Shown piece after piece: positions 9,881 through 22,895 of a DNA stretch of 44,176 nucleotides. A program made the translations under genes and the position numbers. Source of the DNA: an uncultured Ruficoccus sp. (lineage in GTDB: Bacteria; Verrucomicrobiota; Verrucomicrobiia; Opitutales; Cerasicoccaceae). Numbering within the stretch: position 1 is the stretch's first letter; each line of letters opens with the position of its first letter. The notes under the pieces were generated by a model, which ran no database searches, was not told where the DNA came from, and was given only the letters and a program-made list of their open reading frames with translations. Location of the stretch: the NCBI GenBank assembly GCA_965140785.1, contig OZ223480.1, positions 1-44,176 of the forward strand, read 5' to 3'.

Positions 9881-12800
9881 CTAACCATGGTAATTTTTCG
9901 GCGACACACCAAAGTGTTTTTTAAAACTAACCGAAAAATGCGATGGTGTGCTAAATCCTGTGATGTCGGCAATTTCCGAAATATTCATATTCCCTTCCAG
10001 AATTAGCTCGGCAGCACGGTTTAACTTGTAGGTTTTAAACAGTATTCCCGGATTTTCACCTGTCAATCCTTTTACTTTATAGTAGAATTTTGTACGTGAA
10101 ATTTTCAATACTTCGGTCATCCGGTTGATATTCAATTCCGAATTTGAAAGTTCATTCTCCATCAGCTTGTATAATTCACTCATAAAACTCTTGTCTTGTG
10201 GAGTAAGAATATCCTGTTCAATTTTTTCGGTTTTCGTAACACCTACCAATATGCGCTGTGTCTTCTTTCGGTTACTTAGCTGAGAGTTAATAAGTGCCAG
10301 CAAATAATTCGGATCAAAAGGTTTGGTAACATAAGCGTCGGCGCCGCTGTTGAGTCCATCAACCTGGTTTTCTACGGTGGCTTTTGCCGTAACCAGAACA
10401 ATTGGAATATGGCAAAACGAAAGACTATCCTTAACTTTCCGGCTAAATGTAAAACCATCAGTTCCCGGCATTACTACATCGCAAAGAATCAGGTCGGGCT
10501 CGGTTTCGTTCAGTTCTTTAAACGCCGAATCGGCATCAAATTTATAATTAACATCGTAGTAAGGCGATAACAATGCTTTCAAGTAGTGAATAATTTCCGA
10601 CTCATCATCAATAATCAGCAGCTTTTGTTTTTGCTTGTTGTCATCAATAGCAAACTCATATTTATATTCTTCTTCAGTCGGTAAGGGGACATATTCATTT
10701 TGTTGAGTTTTCGCTTCAGGTTGTCTTTCTTCGGGAGAATACGCTTGTTTCGATATCGGGAGTACAAATGTAAATGTTGCTCCTCCTTCGTCGTTGTTAT
10801 CGGCCTTTATAAAACCGTGATGTATTTCAACCAAACGACGCGAATAGTAAAGCCCTATGCCGGTGCCCCAGTTGTAATATTCTTTAGTTTGATTATTGAG
10901 CTGATAGTAGCGTTCGAATATTTTTTCCAATTTATCTTCAGGAATACCTTTACCTGTGTCGCTAATGGCAACCTTTACCCATTGAGTGCTGGCATCCTGC
11001 ACTGTTAGCGGGAAAATACCGGCAATTTCTTCTCGCGAGATAACATCGAATGTGATATTGATTTTACCTTTTGAACCACTGAATTTTATTGCGTTTATGA
11101 GGAGGTTCGATACAATTTTTTTCCAGTTTATCCATATCGAGCCACATCATAAACCGGTCTTCCAAACCATAGGTGTTTATATCAATCTCTTTTTCTTTTG
11201 CGTTCAGCTTAAAAATGTCGATGGTACGATTTAGTTCCGATATAATATCAATGGTTTTTACCTTCAGTTTAAGCGTGTCGTTCTCCAGTTTATTAAAATC
11301 CATTAACTGATTTACCAACCGCAGCATTCGGTTTACACTGCGTTGTACGATGTATATCAGTTGTTTCGATTCTTCTTTCAAATGGTTATCGTTACTCAAA
11401 ATGGTTATTGGCCCGCTTATCATGGTTAATGGAGTTCTGAATTCATGAGATAAATTGGAAAAGAAACTCATGTTCATTTTATTCACCTTATGTTCCTGTT
11501 CAATTTCTATCTGGGCTTTCAGTGCTTTGTCTTTATTTGATTTTATCCGGCGTTGCATGCGCACAACAAGTACTACAATAAATAAAAACAGGATGGTATA
11601 GAGCGACAGGGCCGGCCAGCTCAACCATGGAGCCGGTTTAATGCGTACAAAAATCTTGTTTTGAGTTTCGTTAATGGTGTTTTCGTTATTAAATATCTTT
11701 ACGCGAAATGTATATTTTCCGGGCGGCAAGTTGGAATAATATGCTTGTCGGCTGCTGTTGGCATCTATCCATATATTATCGTAACCATCCATTTTATAGG
11801 CATATTTTACGCGTTCGTATTCTCCGTAATCAATAGCCGAAAACGAAATGGTAAAACTATTCTGGTTATAATTTAATGTTATATCGGGGTTGTACGACAG
11901 GTGTTTATCTATACTTGAGCTTTTGGCCGGCTGTTCAATTTTGTTGTGTATTTTAAGGTTCTCGAAAACCAGTGGAATATTTTGCTTGTAGTTAATATCA
12001 ATCGGGTTGAAAAAAGTTAATCCATGCGTTCCTCCAAAAACCAGCGTATTATCCGAAAGCCGGCAAACGCTTTTTTCGTTAAACTGATTTCCTCCAATTC
12101 CGTCGGTGGCATAATAATTAATAAAGTGTTGGGTAGTCCTATCAAATTTACTTAGCCCAAACAAGGTGCCAATCCATATGTTCCCCGGCTACATCTTCAG
12201 TAATACCGCTGATATCGGTACAGCCAATTCCATTCACCTGTTCAATGGTGTTGTTGCTGGTTGAAAGCCGGTAAACACCATTGCTAATAGTCCCGATCCA
12301 AACATCTCCAATAGCATCTTCAAAAAGACACACGGGAACAAAAGCTGTTTTTTTATTTAGATATTTGATGGGGATGGAGGTAACTTCTCTCGAATCGGCA
12401 TCGATTAACTGTAACTCATGATTAAAGGATGCAACCAAAATATTACCCGACGATAGTGTTAACAAAGCCGGGGTAAAATTGTATTCTTTTCCATATAAGT
12501 GAAATGGCTCGAATTCCTCTTTGCCTTTGTTTAGAACAAAAATGGATTGATCCTTTCCGCCCAGCCAGATAGCACCTTTTGCATCTTCGGTAATCGATAT
12601 TAAACCTGTAGGGAAATAGTAATGTTTTTTTTCGCACCAGCTTTCCATTTTCGAGGCGCATTTTAAGCAACATCCAGTCTGATAGTACCCAAATGGTATT
12701 GTCGCTACCAATATAAATGCTACTGGCAGTATGTTGAAACGAATCCCAGAATGCATACAATTCCTGGTTGGAGAAATGGTGAATTTCGTTGTTGTCGTTG

Positions 12801-13914
12801 CGGTACAACATTATACCATCTGAACGGGTAACAATCCATAAATTTTTGTCGTGGTCGGAAGCCACCGAAAGAACAGACTTGCCTTTTAACTTCGACTGTA
12901 AAAACTGGTTGTTGTTAAATCGTTCTTTATAGTGGTATATCACTTTATAGCCCTGATCGAAAGATCCTATCCACAGGTTTTTTTGCGAATCGGTAAAAAA
13001 ACGAAGTGATATCGAAAGTCTGGAACGATAAAAGGGAACCCGCTTTCTGATTGATGGACAATGGTTTCGGAGAATTTATTTGTAGATGAAAACCCCGTCT
13101 TTTTGGGTTTGATATTAATACCGACGAATTATTGTACGGATGCATACGGTAAATAATGGCATTTTTTAAAACCGGATGTTGAGCAATGGCATGCGGAACT
13201 TGCTCATATTTTCCTGTTCGGGTATCATAAACCTCTAAATCTCGCCACGAAGCAAGCCATAGTTTGCCATTCTCATCGAGGTACGAAAACGTAGTGTACT
13301 TATCGCGTTTAAACTCTTGTTTTAGCTCGTAGTTATGGCTGTTATAGCATTTTACATGCCATGGAGTAACAACCCAAATATTATTTGATTTGTCTACAAA
13401 ACAAGAGGTTCCAAAATTCTGATGATCCAAATCCCTGATCACCGGCTCAAACTTATTCAGCTCTTCGTTTGTAAACACATAGCTCAAAATTCAGGTTTAA
13501 AAAGAGCTTCCCATCATTGTCTTCAAAAAAATAGATGGAATTTTTACTTGTACTTTCAATCGGAATACGGTCAAAACAGTCTTGCTCGTTGTATCTGCAA
13601 GCACCATCTACCGTTGCTACCCATAGTCGTTTTTTCGAGTCGGTATAAATTTGGAGTATTCGGTTGTTCGAAATGCTTAATGAATCATCGGTACTGAAAT
13701 ATTGATGATACTCGTTAATATTGTATTTGTTGAGTCCCCGAATTGTGGCAATCCAGATATGCCCGAATGCATCTTCAGCAAATGAGGTCACCTGCTGATT
13801 GGATATCTCGTTTGACACAATGAAACTCTTTTCAGTTTGGTTAAGCACAGTTGAAGTTCCCCAAACATGAACCGATATAAAAATACTAAGTATAAAAAAG
13901 CTTGTTTTTTTCAT
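9881..13914 (-). CDS. Hybrid two-component system sensor/regulator (beta-propeller, Y_Y_Y, HisKA, HATPase, REC, AraC HTH); split by about 8 single-base insertions
   Basis: Fragments in order: signal MKKTSFF..., propeller repeats (EDAFGHIWIAT, DSKKRLWVAT), YSNLPPGKYTFRVK, TM helix, SHEFRTPL, GTGIGL, DLILCDVVMP, ISEIADITGFSTPSHFS. At the junctions I examined, removing one base restored the frame. Confidence 0.9.
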
Positions 13915-13988
13915 CCGAATACAATCTGGAGCATCAAAAATAGCAATAATCGTCATCTGCTTTCCTGTTTTATGCTTAATGATGCCGG

Positions 13989-14098
13989 GATTGAATAAAT
14001 AGATAAGAATTTGAACAAATAGAAAAGTAGAATTGAACAGATATTAAAGCACTTCGGACAAAATGGAAAATGGCTTCCATCGGTAATGGCTAGCATTG
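13989..14098 (+). promoter_or_regulatory. Putative HTCS-binding tandem repeats and -7-like box of the PUL promoter
   Basis: TTGAATAAATAGATAA (13991), TTGAACAAATAGAAAA (14011), TTGAACAGATATTAAA (14033), weaker TCGGACAAAATGGAAAA (14054); TAGCATTG at 14091-14098 has one mismatch to TAnnTTTG. Confidence 0.6.
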
Positions 14099-14134
14099 TA
14101 ACGTCAAATTTTAACGACGTTGAACCAATTACTT

Positions 14135-15784
14135 ATGAAGCCAATAAAACTTATTATTCTAACTTTTTTAGTTCTGATTTTTGGGGCATGTACTACGCCC
14201 GAGGATAATACGCAAGCCACATGTAATAGTCATGAAATTGTGACATCTACCAATTCCTCCGTTGTTTCAACCGAAGCAGGAAAGGTGGCCGGATATATTG
14301 AAAATGGTATTTATACATATAAGGGAATTCCTTATGCCGAAGCCGACCGTTTTATGCCACCACATTCTCCTGCTCCATGGAAAGGAATAAGAAGCAGCCG
14401 CGCTTATGGCCCAGTTTGCCCGCAAGGAAAAAGAACGGGGTGGTATTCGGATGAACAGGCTTTTGCTTTTGACTGGGACGATGGTTATGCCGACGAGAAC
14501 TGCCTTCGTGTAAATATCTGGACACAGGGAATTAACGACAAGAAAAAACGCCCGGTAATGGTTTGGTTACATGGTGGTGGCTATTCTGCCGGATCGGGGC
14601 AGGAGCTTCCTGCATACGACGGAGCAGCGCTGTGTAAAAAAGGAGATGTAGTTCTGGTTTCGTTGAATCACCGTTTAAATGTGCTGGGTTTTCTTGATCT
14701 GTCAGCTTTTGGCGAGAAATATGCAAAATCAGGAAATGTTGGTTTGCTCGATCTTGTAGAAGCCTTAAAATGGGTGAAGAACAATATTGAACAATTTGGT
14801 GGCGATCCGCAGAATGTTACCATTTTCGGTCAATCGGGCGGAGGAGGAAAAGTTAGTACGTTAATGGCTACCCCGGCTGCCGCTGGTTTATTTGATAAGG
14901 CAATTGTACAAAGTGGTTCCTTGTTAAATGTCATGCAGCCTAAATATTCCAGAAAAATCGGGTTGACTACTTTGAATGAGCTTGGTTTAAAACCATCGCA
15001 AATTGATAAGTTGGCAAAAGTCCCTTATGAAAAGTTACTTGAAGCAGCAAACAAGGCGGTTTTAAAGATAAGGGAAGAGGCCGGAACTGAAGGTCTTGAT
15101 GCCTTACTTTTTGGATGGGAGCCAACGGTTGATGGAAATGTATTGCCCTGGCAGCCTGCTGATGTAAAGGCTATTGACCTATCCAAAGGTATTCCACTGC
15201 TGGTGGGAACAACCTTACATGAGTTTACGGCAAGTGCTTACAATCCTGCATTGCGAAATATTGATCAGGAAGGAGCAGTAAACGAACTCAAAAAACGATA
15301 TGGTGAGAAAACGCATGAATTCTTATCCGTTTTTAAAAAGGCCTATCCAAATTATCAACCAAAGGATTTACTTGATGTCGATTTTCTTTTCCGACCGAAG
15401 GTGTTAGAACAGGCGTCACTGCGGTGTAATAAGCAGGGGGCACCTGTATATACTTACTTGTTCACCTGGGAGTCGCCGGTGTTGGATGGAATGTTCCGTT
15501 CAACGCATTGTATGGAATTGCCTTTTGTTTTCAACAATATTTCGCGCTGTAAACCATTAACGGGTGGAGAACCAGAGGCTTATAAGTTAGCTGAAAAAAT
15601 GAGTTCGGCCTGGATCAGCTTTGCAAAAACCGGAAACCCGAATACCGGGAAGTTGCCAACCTGGAAGCCCTACTCAATTCAGGAAGGAGCAACAATGCTT
15701 TTTAACAATAATTGTGAGGTGGTCTACAATCATGATAAAGAACTTGTGGAGTTGGTGAACTCATTCCCAAAGACATTGAATTAA
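14135..15784 (+). CDS. Type-B carboxylesterase (COesterase family) lipoprotein
   Basis: YKGIPYA, ENCLRVNIW, VMVWLHGGG, NHRLNVLGFL, FGGDPQNVTIFGQSGGG (catalytic Ser), HCMELPFVF; lipobox IFGAC; ATG start at 14135 preferred. Confidence 0.92.
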   Translation: MKPIKLIILTFLVLIFGACTTPEDNTQATCNSHEIVTSTNSSVVSTEAGKVAGYIENGIYTYKGIPYAEADRFMPPHSPAPWKGIRSSRAYGPVCPQGKRTGWYSDEQAFAFDWDDGYADENCLRVNIWTQGINDKKKRPVMVWLHGGGYSAGSGQELPAYDGAALCKKGDVVLVSLNHRLNVLGFLDLSAFGEKYAKSGNVGLLDLVEALKWVKNNIEQFGGDPQNVTIFGQSGGGGKVSTLMATPAAAGLFDKAIVQSGSLLNVMQPKYSRKIGLTTLNELGLKPSQIDKLAKVPYEKLLEAANKAVLKIREEAGTEGLDALLFGWEPTVDGNVLPWQPADVKAIDLSKGIPLLVGTTLHEFTASAYNPALRNIDQEGAVNELKKRYGEKTHEFLSVFKKAYPNYQPKDLLDVDFLFRPKVLEQASLRCNKQGAPVYTYLFTWESPVLDGMFRSTHCMELPFVFNNISRCKPLTGGEPEAYKLAEKMSSAWISFAKTGNPNTGKLPTWKPYSIQEGATMLFNNNCEVVYNHDKELVELVNSFPKTLN

Positions 15785-15836
15785 TAAAAGAAACTAAACA
15801 ATCTATTCAAATTTAATAGTAACTAAAATTTTAATT

Positions 15837-18800
15837 ATGAGGAATTACAACGTAAGTCCGGTGCGATATTTAATGAAATCGTATCGGTTTTTATCAAAAA
15901 TGCTCATTGTTGGTTTTTTAATGATTTCAACATTAGCATTTTCGCAAACCAATATTGAAGTAACAGGAACTGTCTCGGATAGTGGCGGGGAGCTGTTACC
16001 CGGAGTTACGGTGGTTGTACAGGGCACAACAAACGGTACAATTACCGACATTGATGGAAACTACGCACTTAAAAATGTGCCTTCGGATGCAACTTTGCAG
16101 TTTTCGTTTATCGGAATGAAATCGACAGCAGTTGCAGTTGGTGGCCAAACTATTATTAATGTAACATTGGAAAGTGCAAATATTGCTCTTGACGAAGTGA
16201 TTGCTATTGGTTACGGTGTTCAGAAAAAAAGCTCAGTTACCGGTGCTATTTCGCAGGTAAAGGCGGAAGATATGGAGAACCGTACCATTACAAATCCACT
16301 TCAGGCAATAGCTGGTAAAACGGCAGGAACACAGGTTTATTCGAACTCGGCATCGCCGGGTAGTTCACCAACTATCCGAATCAGGGGTATTAACTCTAAC
16401 AATTCAATCTCTCCATTGTATGTGGTTGACGGACGTATTGCCTCCTCAATTGCAGGTATAGAGCCTAACGATATCGAGAGCATGGAAATTTTGAAAGATG
16501 CTGCATCGGCAGCTATTTATGGTGCCCAAGCCGGTAACGGAGTTGTATTAATAACCACGAAAAAAGGTAAAAAGGGGATAGGTACACTTTCTTACGATTT
16601 TCAATATACCATACAACGTTTAGGCAAAACTCCCCAGGTAATGAACTCGGAACAATTTATCGATTACTGGACTGAAGCCGGTAAATTTAATATGGATCGC
16701 GTTTACCAATATTGGGATTTTGAGCAAAATACCAATTGGGTGAACGAGATTTTTGAGTCGTCGGTAATGCAGCGTCACAATATCAGTTTCCAGGGAGGAA
16801 ACGAAAAAGGAAGTTACTATTTGTCGGGCAGTATATTGGATAACGACGGTATGGTAGTTGGCGATGCCGACACCTACAAACGCTATACCGGCATGATAAA
16901 TAGCAACTACAACATTAAGCCCTGGTTAGAAGTTGGAACGAACAATCAGTTGGAATATTACGAAAGAAGATCGGTTTCTGAAGGATCAGAATACGGTTCG
17001 CTTATTCTGAGTACGTTACAGCTTGATCCGATGACGGCAGTAACCTACACCGAAGATAATATGCCGGACAATATGGCATCTGCCCTGGCCAACTACAGAG
17101 CTACTGGTGTTGGCGAACTGTTGAGCGATGGAAACGGCAACTACTACAGCGTTTCGCCATTTCTTACCAGCGAAAATCTCAATCCGCTAATTATGCGTGA
17201 TAATGCCTATTCAAGGAACTCTGGTTTTAATATTAACGGAACAGCCTTTTTAAACCTGAAACCAATTAAAGGGCTTGTTGCCACAACGCGTTTTTCGTAC
17301 CTGCTTAGTGCAGCTGAAAGTTATGGTTATGCTCAGGATTATTATGCCAACTCTATGTCGTATAAGAACTTTATGGAGTTAAACGCATCCAGTTCGAATA
17401 ACATTCGGATTCAGTGGGAAAACTTTGCCACTTACAACCGTTCGTTCGACAAACACAACCTAACTGCAATGATAGGTACATCGTTTACAAAAATCCGTTC
17501 ATTTGGCGTTTCCGGAAGTAAAGAAGGTACAGAGGATGATTTTGGTGTACAACGAGACGATCCGCGTTACTATTATTTTGCTTATGCTACTTCAGAAGCC
17601 ATCAAAGATGTTTCGGGCGGAGAACCTATTTTGCGCACTCAAAACGCTTATTTTGGTCGTTTCGGATATAACTACGACGAAAAGTACCTGGCCGAAATTG
17701 TAATGCGTACCGATGCTTTCGACTCGGCTTACCTACCGTTCGACAACCGTTGGGGCTACTTTCCCGGAGGATCTTTTGGCTGGGTAGTTTCTAAAGAATC
17801 GTTTATGCAGGATACTTCATCCTGGATCGACTTTTTGAAATTGCGTGCGAGTTGGGGACAAAACGGTTCATTGGCAGGCCTGGGTAGTTACGCCTACCGC
17901 ACTGCTGTTACAAGCACAGGCAGTTATCCGTTTAGCACTTCGCCGATATACAGTATAGGTTACAAACCGTCAACAACTGGTAACCAGGAATTAAAATGGG
18001 AAACCAACGAACAAACCGACATAGGTATTGATGCCCGATTCCTGAAAAGCAAGTTATCTATGACTTTCGACTATTTCGTTAAAAAAACCAAGGACCTGAT
18101 TGTAACCGGAGTTACCCCTTCTACCATTGTGGGTAACACTGCATCGCCTATTAATGCGGGTAATATCGAAAACACCGGTTTTGAATTTGAAATTGGATGG
18201 AAAGACATGAAAGGCGATTTTGCCTACGATGTGAGGGGAAATATCTCGTCAATTAAAAATAAAGTAACCAATATTCACGAATCGCTGGATTATATCCCCG
18301 GAGCAGATTTCCATACCATCAAGGGGATTACCCGTTTTGAAGTAGGGAAACCAGCCTGGTATTTTTATGGTTACGAGTTTAAAGGTATTGATGCAGCTAC
18401 GGGAGATCCTGTTTTTGTTGATCAGAATTCGGATGACATCATTAACGATGGTGATAAAATTGACCTGGGAAAAGGGATACCTGATTTGACTTACGGTATT
18501 ACGTTAAATGCAGCTTATAAAGGTTTCGATGCAATCGTATTTGGTCAGGGATCGTATGGAAATGATATTTACTCGTGCCTGAACCGTACTGATTATGCCG
18601 TAAACAGCTTAACCTATTTTACCGAAAACCGATGGACTGCTGATAACCCAAATGGAATAAGACCCCGTGCAGGAGCTAATGATATGGACAAATATTATAC
18701 TTCGTCGGCTGCGGTTTTCGATGGTTCATATTTCAAGATTAAACAAATTCAATTGGGTTATACGCTTCCTGATGCAGTGCTTAATAAAATCGGTATTAAA

Positions 18801-18983
18801 AAGCTGAGGGTTTATGCATCGCTTGAAGATTACTTCACATTTACAAAATATAAAGGCTTTGACCCTGAAATTACTGGTTTTAGAGATTCAGACGGGAACT
18901 TCCTTGGGAACTCTATAGGAGTTGATAAAGGAAGTTATCCGAACTCAAAGAAAGTCATCTTTGGCTTTAATGTGTCATTCTAA
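15837..18983 (+). CDS. susC: SusC/RagA-family TonB-dependent transporter
   Basis: N-terminal CarboxypepD-like domain (GTTNGTITDIDGNY), plug motif DIESMEILKDAASAAIYGAQAGNGVVLITTKKG, KLRASWGQNG, C-terminal Phe. Confidence 0.96.
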   Translation: MRNYNVSPVRYLMKSYRFLSKMLIVGFLMISTLAFSQTNIEVTGTVSDSGGELLPGVTVVVQGTTNGTITDIDGNYALKNVPSDATLQFSFIGMKSTAVAVGGQTIINVTLESANIALDEVIAIGYGVQKKSSVTGAISQVKAEDMENRTITNPLQAIAGKTAGTQVYSNSASPGSSPTIRIRGINSNNSISPLYVVDGRIASSIAGIEPNDIESMEILKDAASAAIYGAQAGNGVVLITTKKGKKGIGTLSYDFQYTIQRLGKTPQVMNSEQFIDYWTEAGKFNMDRVYQYWDFEQNTNWVNEIFESSVMQRHNISFQGGNEKGSYYLSGSILDNDGMVVGDADTYKRYTGMINSNYNIKPWLEVGTNNQLEYYERRSVSEGSEYGSLILSTLQLDPMTAVTYTEDNMPDNMASALANYRATGVGELLSDGNGNYYSVSPFLTSENLNPLIMRDNAYSRNSGFNINGTAFLNLKPIKGLVATTRFSYLLSAAESYGYAQDYYANSMSYKNFMELNASSSNNIRIQWENFATYNRSFDKHNLTAMIGTSFTKIRSFGVSGSKEGTEDDFGVQRDDPRYYYFAYATSEAIKDVSGGEPILRTQNAYFGRFGYNYDEKYLAEIVMRTDAFDSAYLPFDNRWGYFPGGSFGWVVSKESFMQDTSSWIDFLKLRASWGQNGSLAGLGSYAYRTAVTSTGSYPFSTSPIYSIGYKPSTTGNQELKWETNEQTDIGIDARFLKSKLSMTFDYFVKKTKDLIVTGVTPSTIVGNTASPINAGNIENTGFEFEIGWKDMKGDFAYDVRGNISSIKNKVTNIHESLDYIPGADFHTIKGITRFEVGKPAWYFYGYEFKGIDAATGDPVFVDQNSDDIINDGDKIDLGKGIPDLTYGITLNAAYKGFDAIVFGQGSYGNDIYSCLNRTDYAVNSLTYFTENRWTADNPNGIRPRAGANDMDKYYTSSAAVFDGSYFKIKQIQLGYTLPDAVLNKIGIKKLRVYASLEDYFTFTKYKGFDPEITGFRDSDGNFLGNSIGVDKGSYPNSKKVIFGFNVSF

Positions 18984-19006
18984 TCTTAACAAATAATTCT
19001 AACAAA

Positions 19007-20566
19007 ATGAAAAGAATAACATTAATATATTTAGCCGCCATAGCAATGGTTCTCACCATGTTATCGTGCGAAGATGAATTGGATATAGTGCAAAAAGGTG
19101 CTGTTAGTTTAGAAGAATATTATGGCAGCGACGAAAGTGCAGAAGGAGCAGTAACTGCAATTTACGGCGAATTGCGTGAAATGATGTACAATTACAAATT
19201 TCTGAAAAACATTTGTTCCGACGATATTTGGGCAGGTGGTGCCGACCGTGGCGACAACAACGACCTGGAAAAAATGAACGAATTTACCTTTAGTGCCGAA
19301 CACGCTTTTCTTTCGGGATGTTTCCAGAGCTATTACAATATTATCTACAATGCCAATATTGTAATGAAATATATGCAACCCGATTCTGAGGTTAAAAAGC
19401 AAATGTTTGCTGAGGCAAAAGTATTTCGTGCCCTGGCTTATATCGATCTCATTTCGATGTGGGGAACGCCTCCTTTGGTCGATCATCCGCTGGAGCCATC
19501 GGAATATCAAATGGCAAACGGAGATCCGGCACAATTATGGGCGTTGGTTGAAACCGATTTAACTGAAGCTATTGCCTCGGGGAGTTTGATCGAGAAATCG
19601 GGCGTAAATGATAATTCGGTTTACCGTGTTACCAAACAATTTGCACAAACCTTATTGGGGAAAGCCTATTTGTACCAAGGGAAAAATTCGGAATCGGCTG
19701 CAGCTTTCGAGTTGGTAATCAGTTCAAATCTTTACGATTTATATGAGGGTGAATATGATGATATTTTTGCTTTCTCGAATAAGAACAATTGCGAATCGAT
19801 GTTTGAGGTGAACCGTGTTGTAGATGCAAATAACGTTTGGGATAACTTCGATTTTTGGCATTTAATGATTCACTTCCGAACTGACCGTTTTACAGCTAGA
19901 CCGGTTACGGCTTTGGGATTATCAGATTTGGGCTGGGGATTTTGTTTACCACAAAAAGACTTATACGATGCATTTGTTGCTGAAGAAGGTGAGGATGGAT
20001 ATCGTTTAAACCGTACGATGAAAACCTATGAGCAAATTCAGGAAATGGGTGCCAGTATGGATCCCGGAAAAACAATTATTGCGGAAGGCTATTTTTTCTG
20101 GAAAACAAGAATAACCAAAGATGCAGTGCCGGCAGCAGGATCTAACTTCACCTGGGATCATAACGTGCGTATTATGCGTTATGCCGATGTGCTTTTAATG
20201 GCTGCAGAAGCCAACTTGCTGGCAGGTAACCAGGACAAAGCCGATACTTACCTGAACAAGGTTCGTTCGCGCGCTAAACTTGGCAATAAAACTGCAACAA
20301 TGGAGGCCATTAAAACAGAGCGTAGGCTAGAACTGTGTTTCGAGGATGTTCGCTATCAGGATTTGATTCGCTGGGGCGATGCAGCATCAGTACTGTCAGG
20401 CCAGGGAAAAGAGTATCCGGTTATGACTTCAAACGGCGCTGTAACTTTTAAATCAACCGGAAACAGCGAAGGAAAATACGGATTTCAGGAACGAAATACC
20501 TTGTTCCCATTTCCATCAACCGAGATTCAGTTAAACAAAAATATTGTTCAAAATCCGGGTTGGTAA
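19007..20566 (+). CDS. susD: SusD/RagB-family lipoprotein
   Basis: Lipobox MLSC, RIMRYADVLLMAAEA, ERRLELCFEDVRYQDLIRWG, terminal QNPGW; directly follows susC. Confidence 0.95.
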   Translation: MKRITLIYLAAIAMVLTMLSCEDELDIVQKGAVSLEEYYGSDESAEGAVTAIYGELREMMYNYKFLKNICSDDIWAGGADRGDNNDLEKMNEFTFSAEHAFLSGCFQSYYNIIYNANIVMKYMQPDSEVKKQMFAEAKVFRALAYIDLISMWGTPPLVDHPLEPSEYQMANGDPAQLWALVETDLTEAIASGSLIEKSGVNDNSVYRVTKQFAQTLLGKAYLYQGKNSESAAAFELVISSNLYDLYEGEYDDIFAFSNKNNCESMFEVNRVVDANNVWDNFDFWHLMIHFRTDRFTARPVTALGLSDLGWGFCLPQKDLYDAFVAEEGEDGYRLNRTMKTYEQIQEMGASMDPGKTIIAEGYFFWKTRITKDAVPAAGSNFTWDHNVRIMRYADVLLMAAEANLLAGNQDKADTYLNKVRSRAKLGNKTATMEAIKTERRLELCFEDVRYQDLIRWGDAASVLSGQGKEYPVMTSNGAVTFKSTGNSEGKYGFQERNTLFPFPSTEIQLNKNIVQNPGW

Positions 20567-20608
20567 TTATAGCGGTTTACAGAACTAAAAAAATAAAAAA
20601 TAAATCAT

Positions 20609-21550
20609 ATGAAAACTACATGGAAAATTTTTATGTTCCTCTTAACTGCCACTATTATGCTGGTTTCGTGCGAGGAAGATTCGCTTGATCCTCTTACCGG
20701 GAAATATTCACCTCCCGAGGTGTATGATCTTACTGTACTTGGAACACAGGACCGGGTAAAAGATGGTCCGCTTTATACATTCTCTATAAATTTGACAGAC
20801 GAGGGGTCGAATACTTTGAGTATGAAACTTTTTTCAACCGATTATATATTGCCGGCTTCTGACTTTACTTCAAGTAATGAAGCCGCTAATAAGACCTATT
20901 TGCTTGGTGCTGATGGAACCACTTTTAACGGACAACAAGTTACGGATGGAACAATAAGTATTTCTGCTCAGGACAGTAATTACTCGGTTAGCGGAATTCT
21001 TTATCTGGCCGATGAAACCGTGCTTAAACTTACCGGAGCATTTACTTATGCTTATCAGCCCGATCTGTACACGCCAACCTTCACTTACAGCGATGAAACC
21101 GTATCTCCGGCAATGGGCGGTTCGCAAGGAACAACACCCATTGAGGGAAGTACAATGCACAAAATTACGGTTTTTGCTGATGATGTTTTCTATACATACC
21201 TGGAACTTGTTGCCGATGTAAATGCAACATCACTTTCAGGAACTTATTCGGTAAAAGATGGAATTGATGCAATTGGTCAGTTGGCAAACGGTTATTATGT
21301 TGATCTTACCTGGTACGGTATGGAGGGTGAAATGGTTGGTGGCTCTTATTACATGAAAGGAGAAGACAAGATGTACCTGCGCGAGGGAGAAGGTGGTATT
21401 ACCGTTGTAGATAATGGCGGAACATTAACAATAACAGGAGACAACCTTGGTATTCTTGATCTTGAGGCTTTGATTAGCTCCGGGGGGACAACATGGCCAG
21501 TATTAGAAACGCCTGGAAGTGTGAATGTTACAGATGCTACTAAGTTGTAG
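20609..21550 (+). CDS. Surface lipoprotein in the SusE position (candidate glycan-binding protein)
   Basis: Lipobox LVSC followed by acidic EEDS; Thr/Gly/Tyr-rich beta-type sequence; directly after susD. No family recognised. Confidence 0.7.
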   Translation: MKTTWKIFMFLLTATIMLVSCEEDSLDPLTGKYSPPEVYDLTVLGTQDRVKDGPLYTFSINLTDEGSNTLSMKLFSTDYILPASDFTSSNEAANKTYLLGADGTTFNGQQVTDGTISISAQDSNYSVSGILYLADETVLKLTGAFTYAYQPDLYTPTFTYSDETVSPAMGGSQGTTPIEGSTMHKITVFADDVFYTYLELVADVNATSLSGTYSVKDGIDAIGQLANGYYVDLTWYGMEGEMVGGSYYMKGEDKMYLREGEGGITVVDNGGTLTITGDNLGILDLEALISSGGTTWPVLETPGSVNVTDATKL

Positions 21551-21583
21551 CGAATAGTAATTAATTGTGATACAGTAAAATAA

Positions 21584-22804
<1,221 letters not shown>

Positions 22805-22830
22805 CATTATTTGTACATAAGTTAAATAGT

Positions 22831-22895
22831 AAAGGCAACAACATTCAACTTTCCTTAAACGTAAAACTCTGAGGAAATTGTTGTTGCCTTTTTTT
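22831..22895 (+). terminator. Long-stem rho-independent terminator
   Basis: AAAGGCAACAACA...TTTCCTTA / TGAGGAAA...TGTTGTTGCCTTT followed by a T run. Confidence 0.8.

Noticed and set aside
13989..14070. Short periodic repeats as a possible mini-CRISPR
   Set aside because: Units are about 16 nt at a 21-bp period with no unique spacers of CRISPR length and no cas genes; they fit a regulator binding site better.
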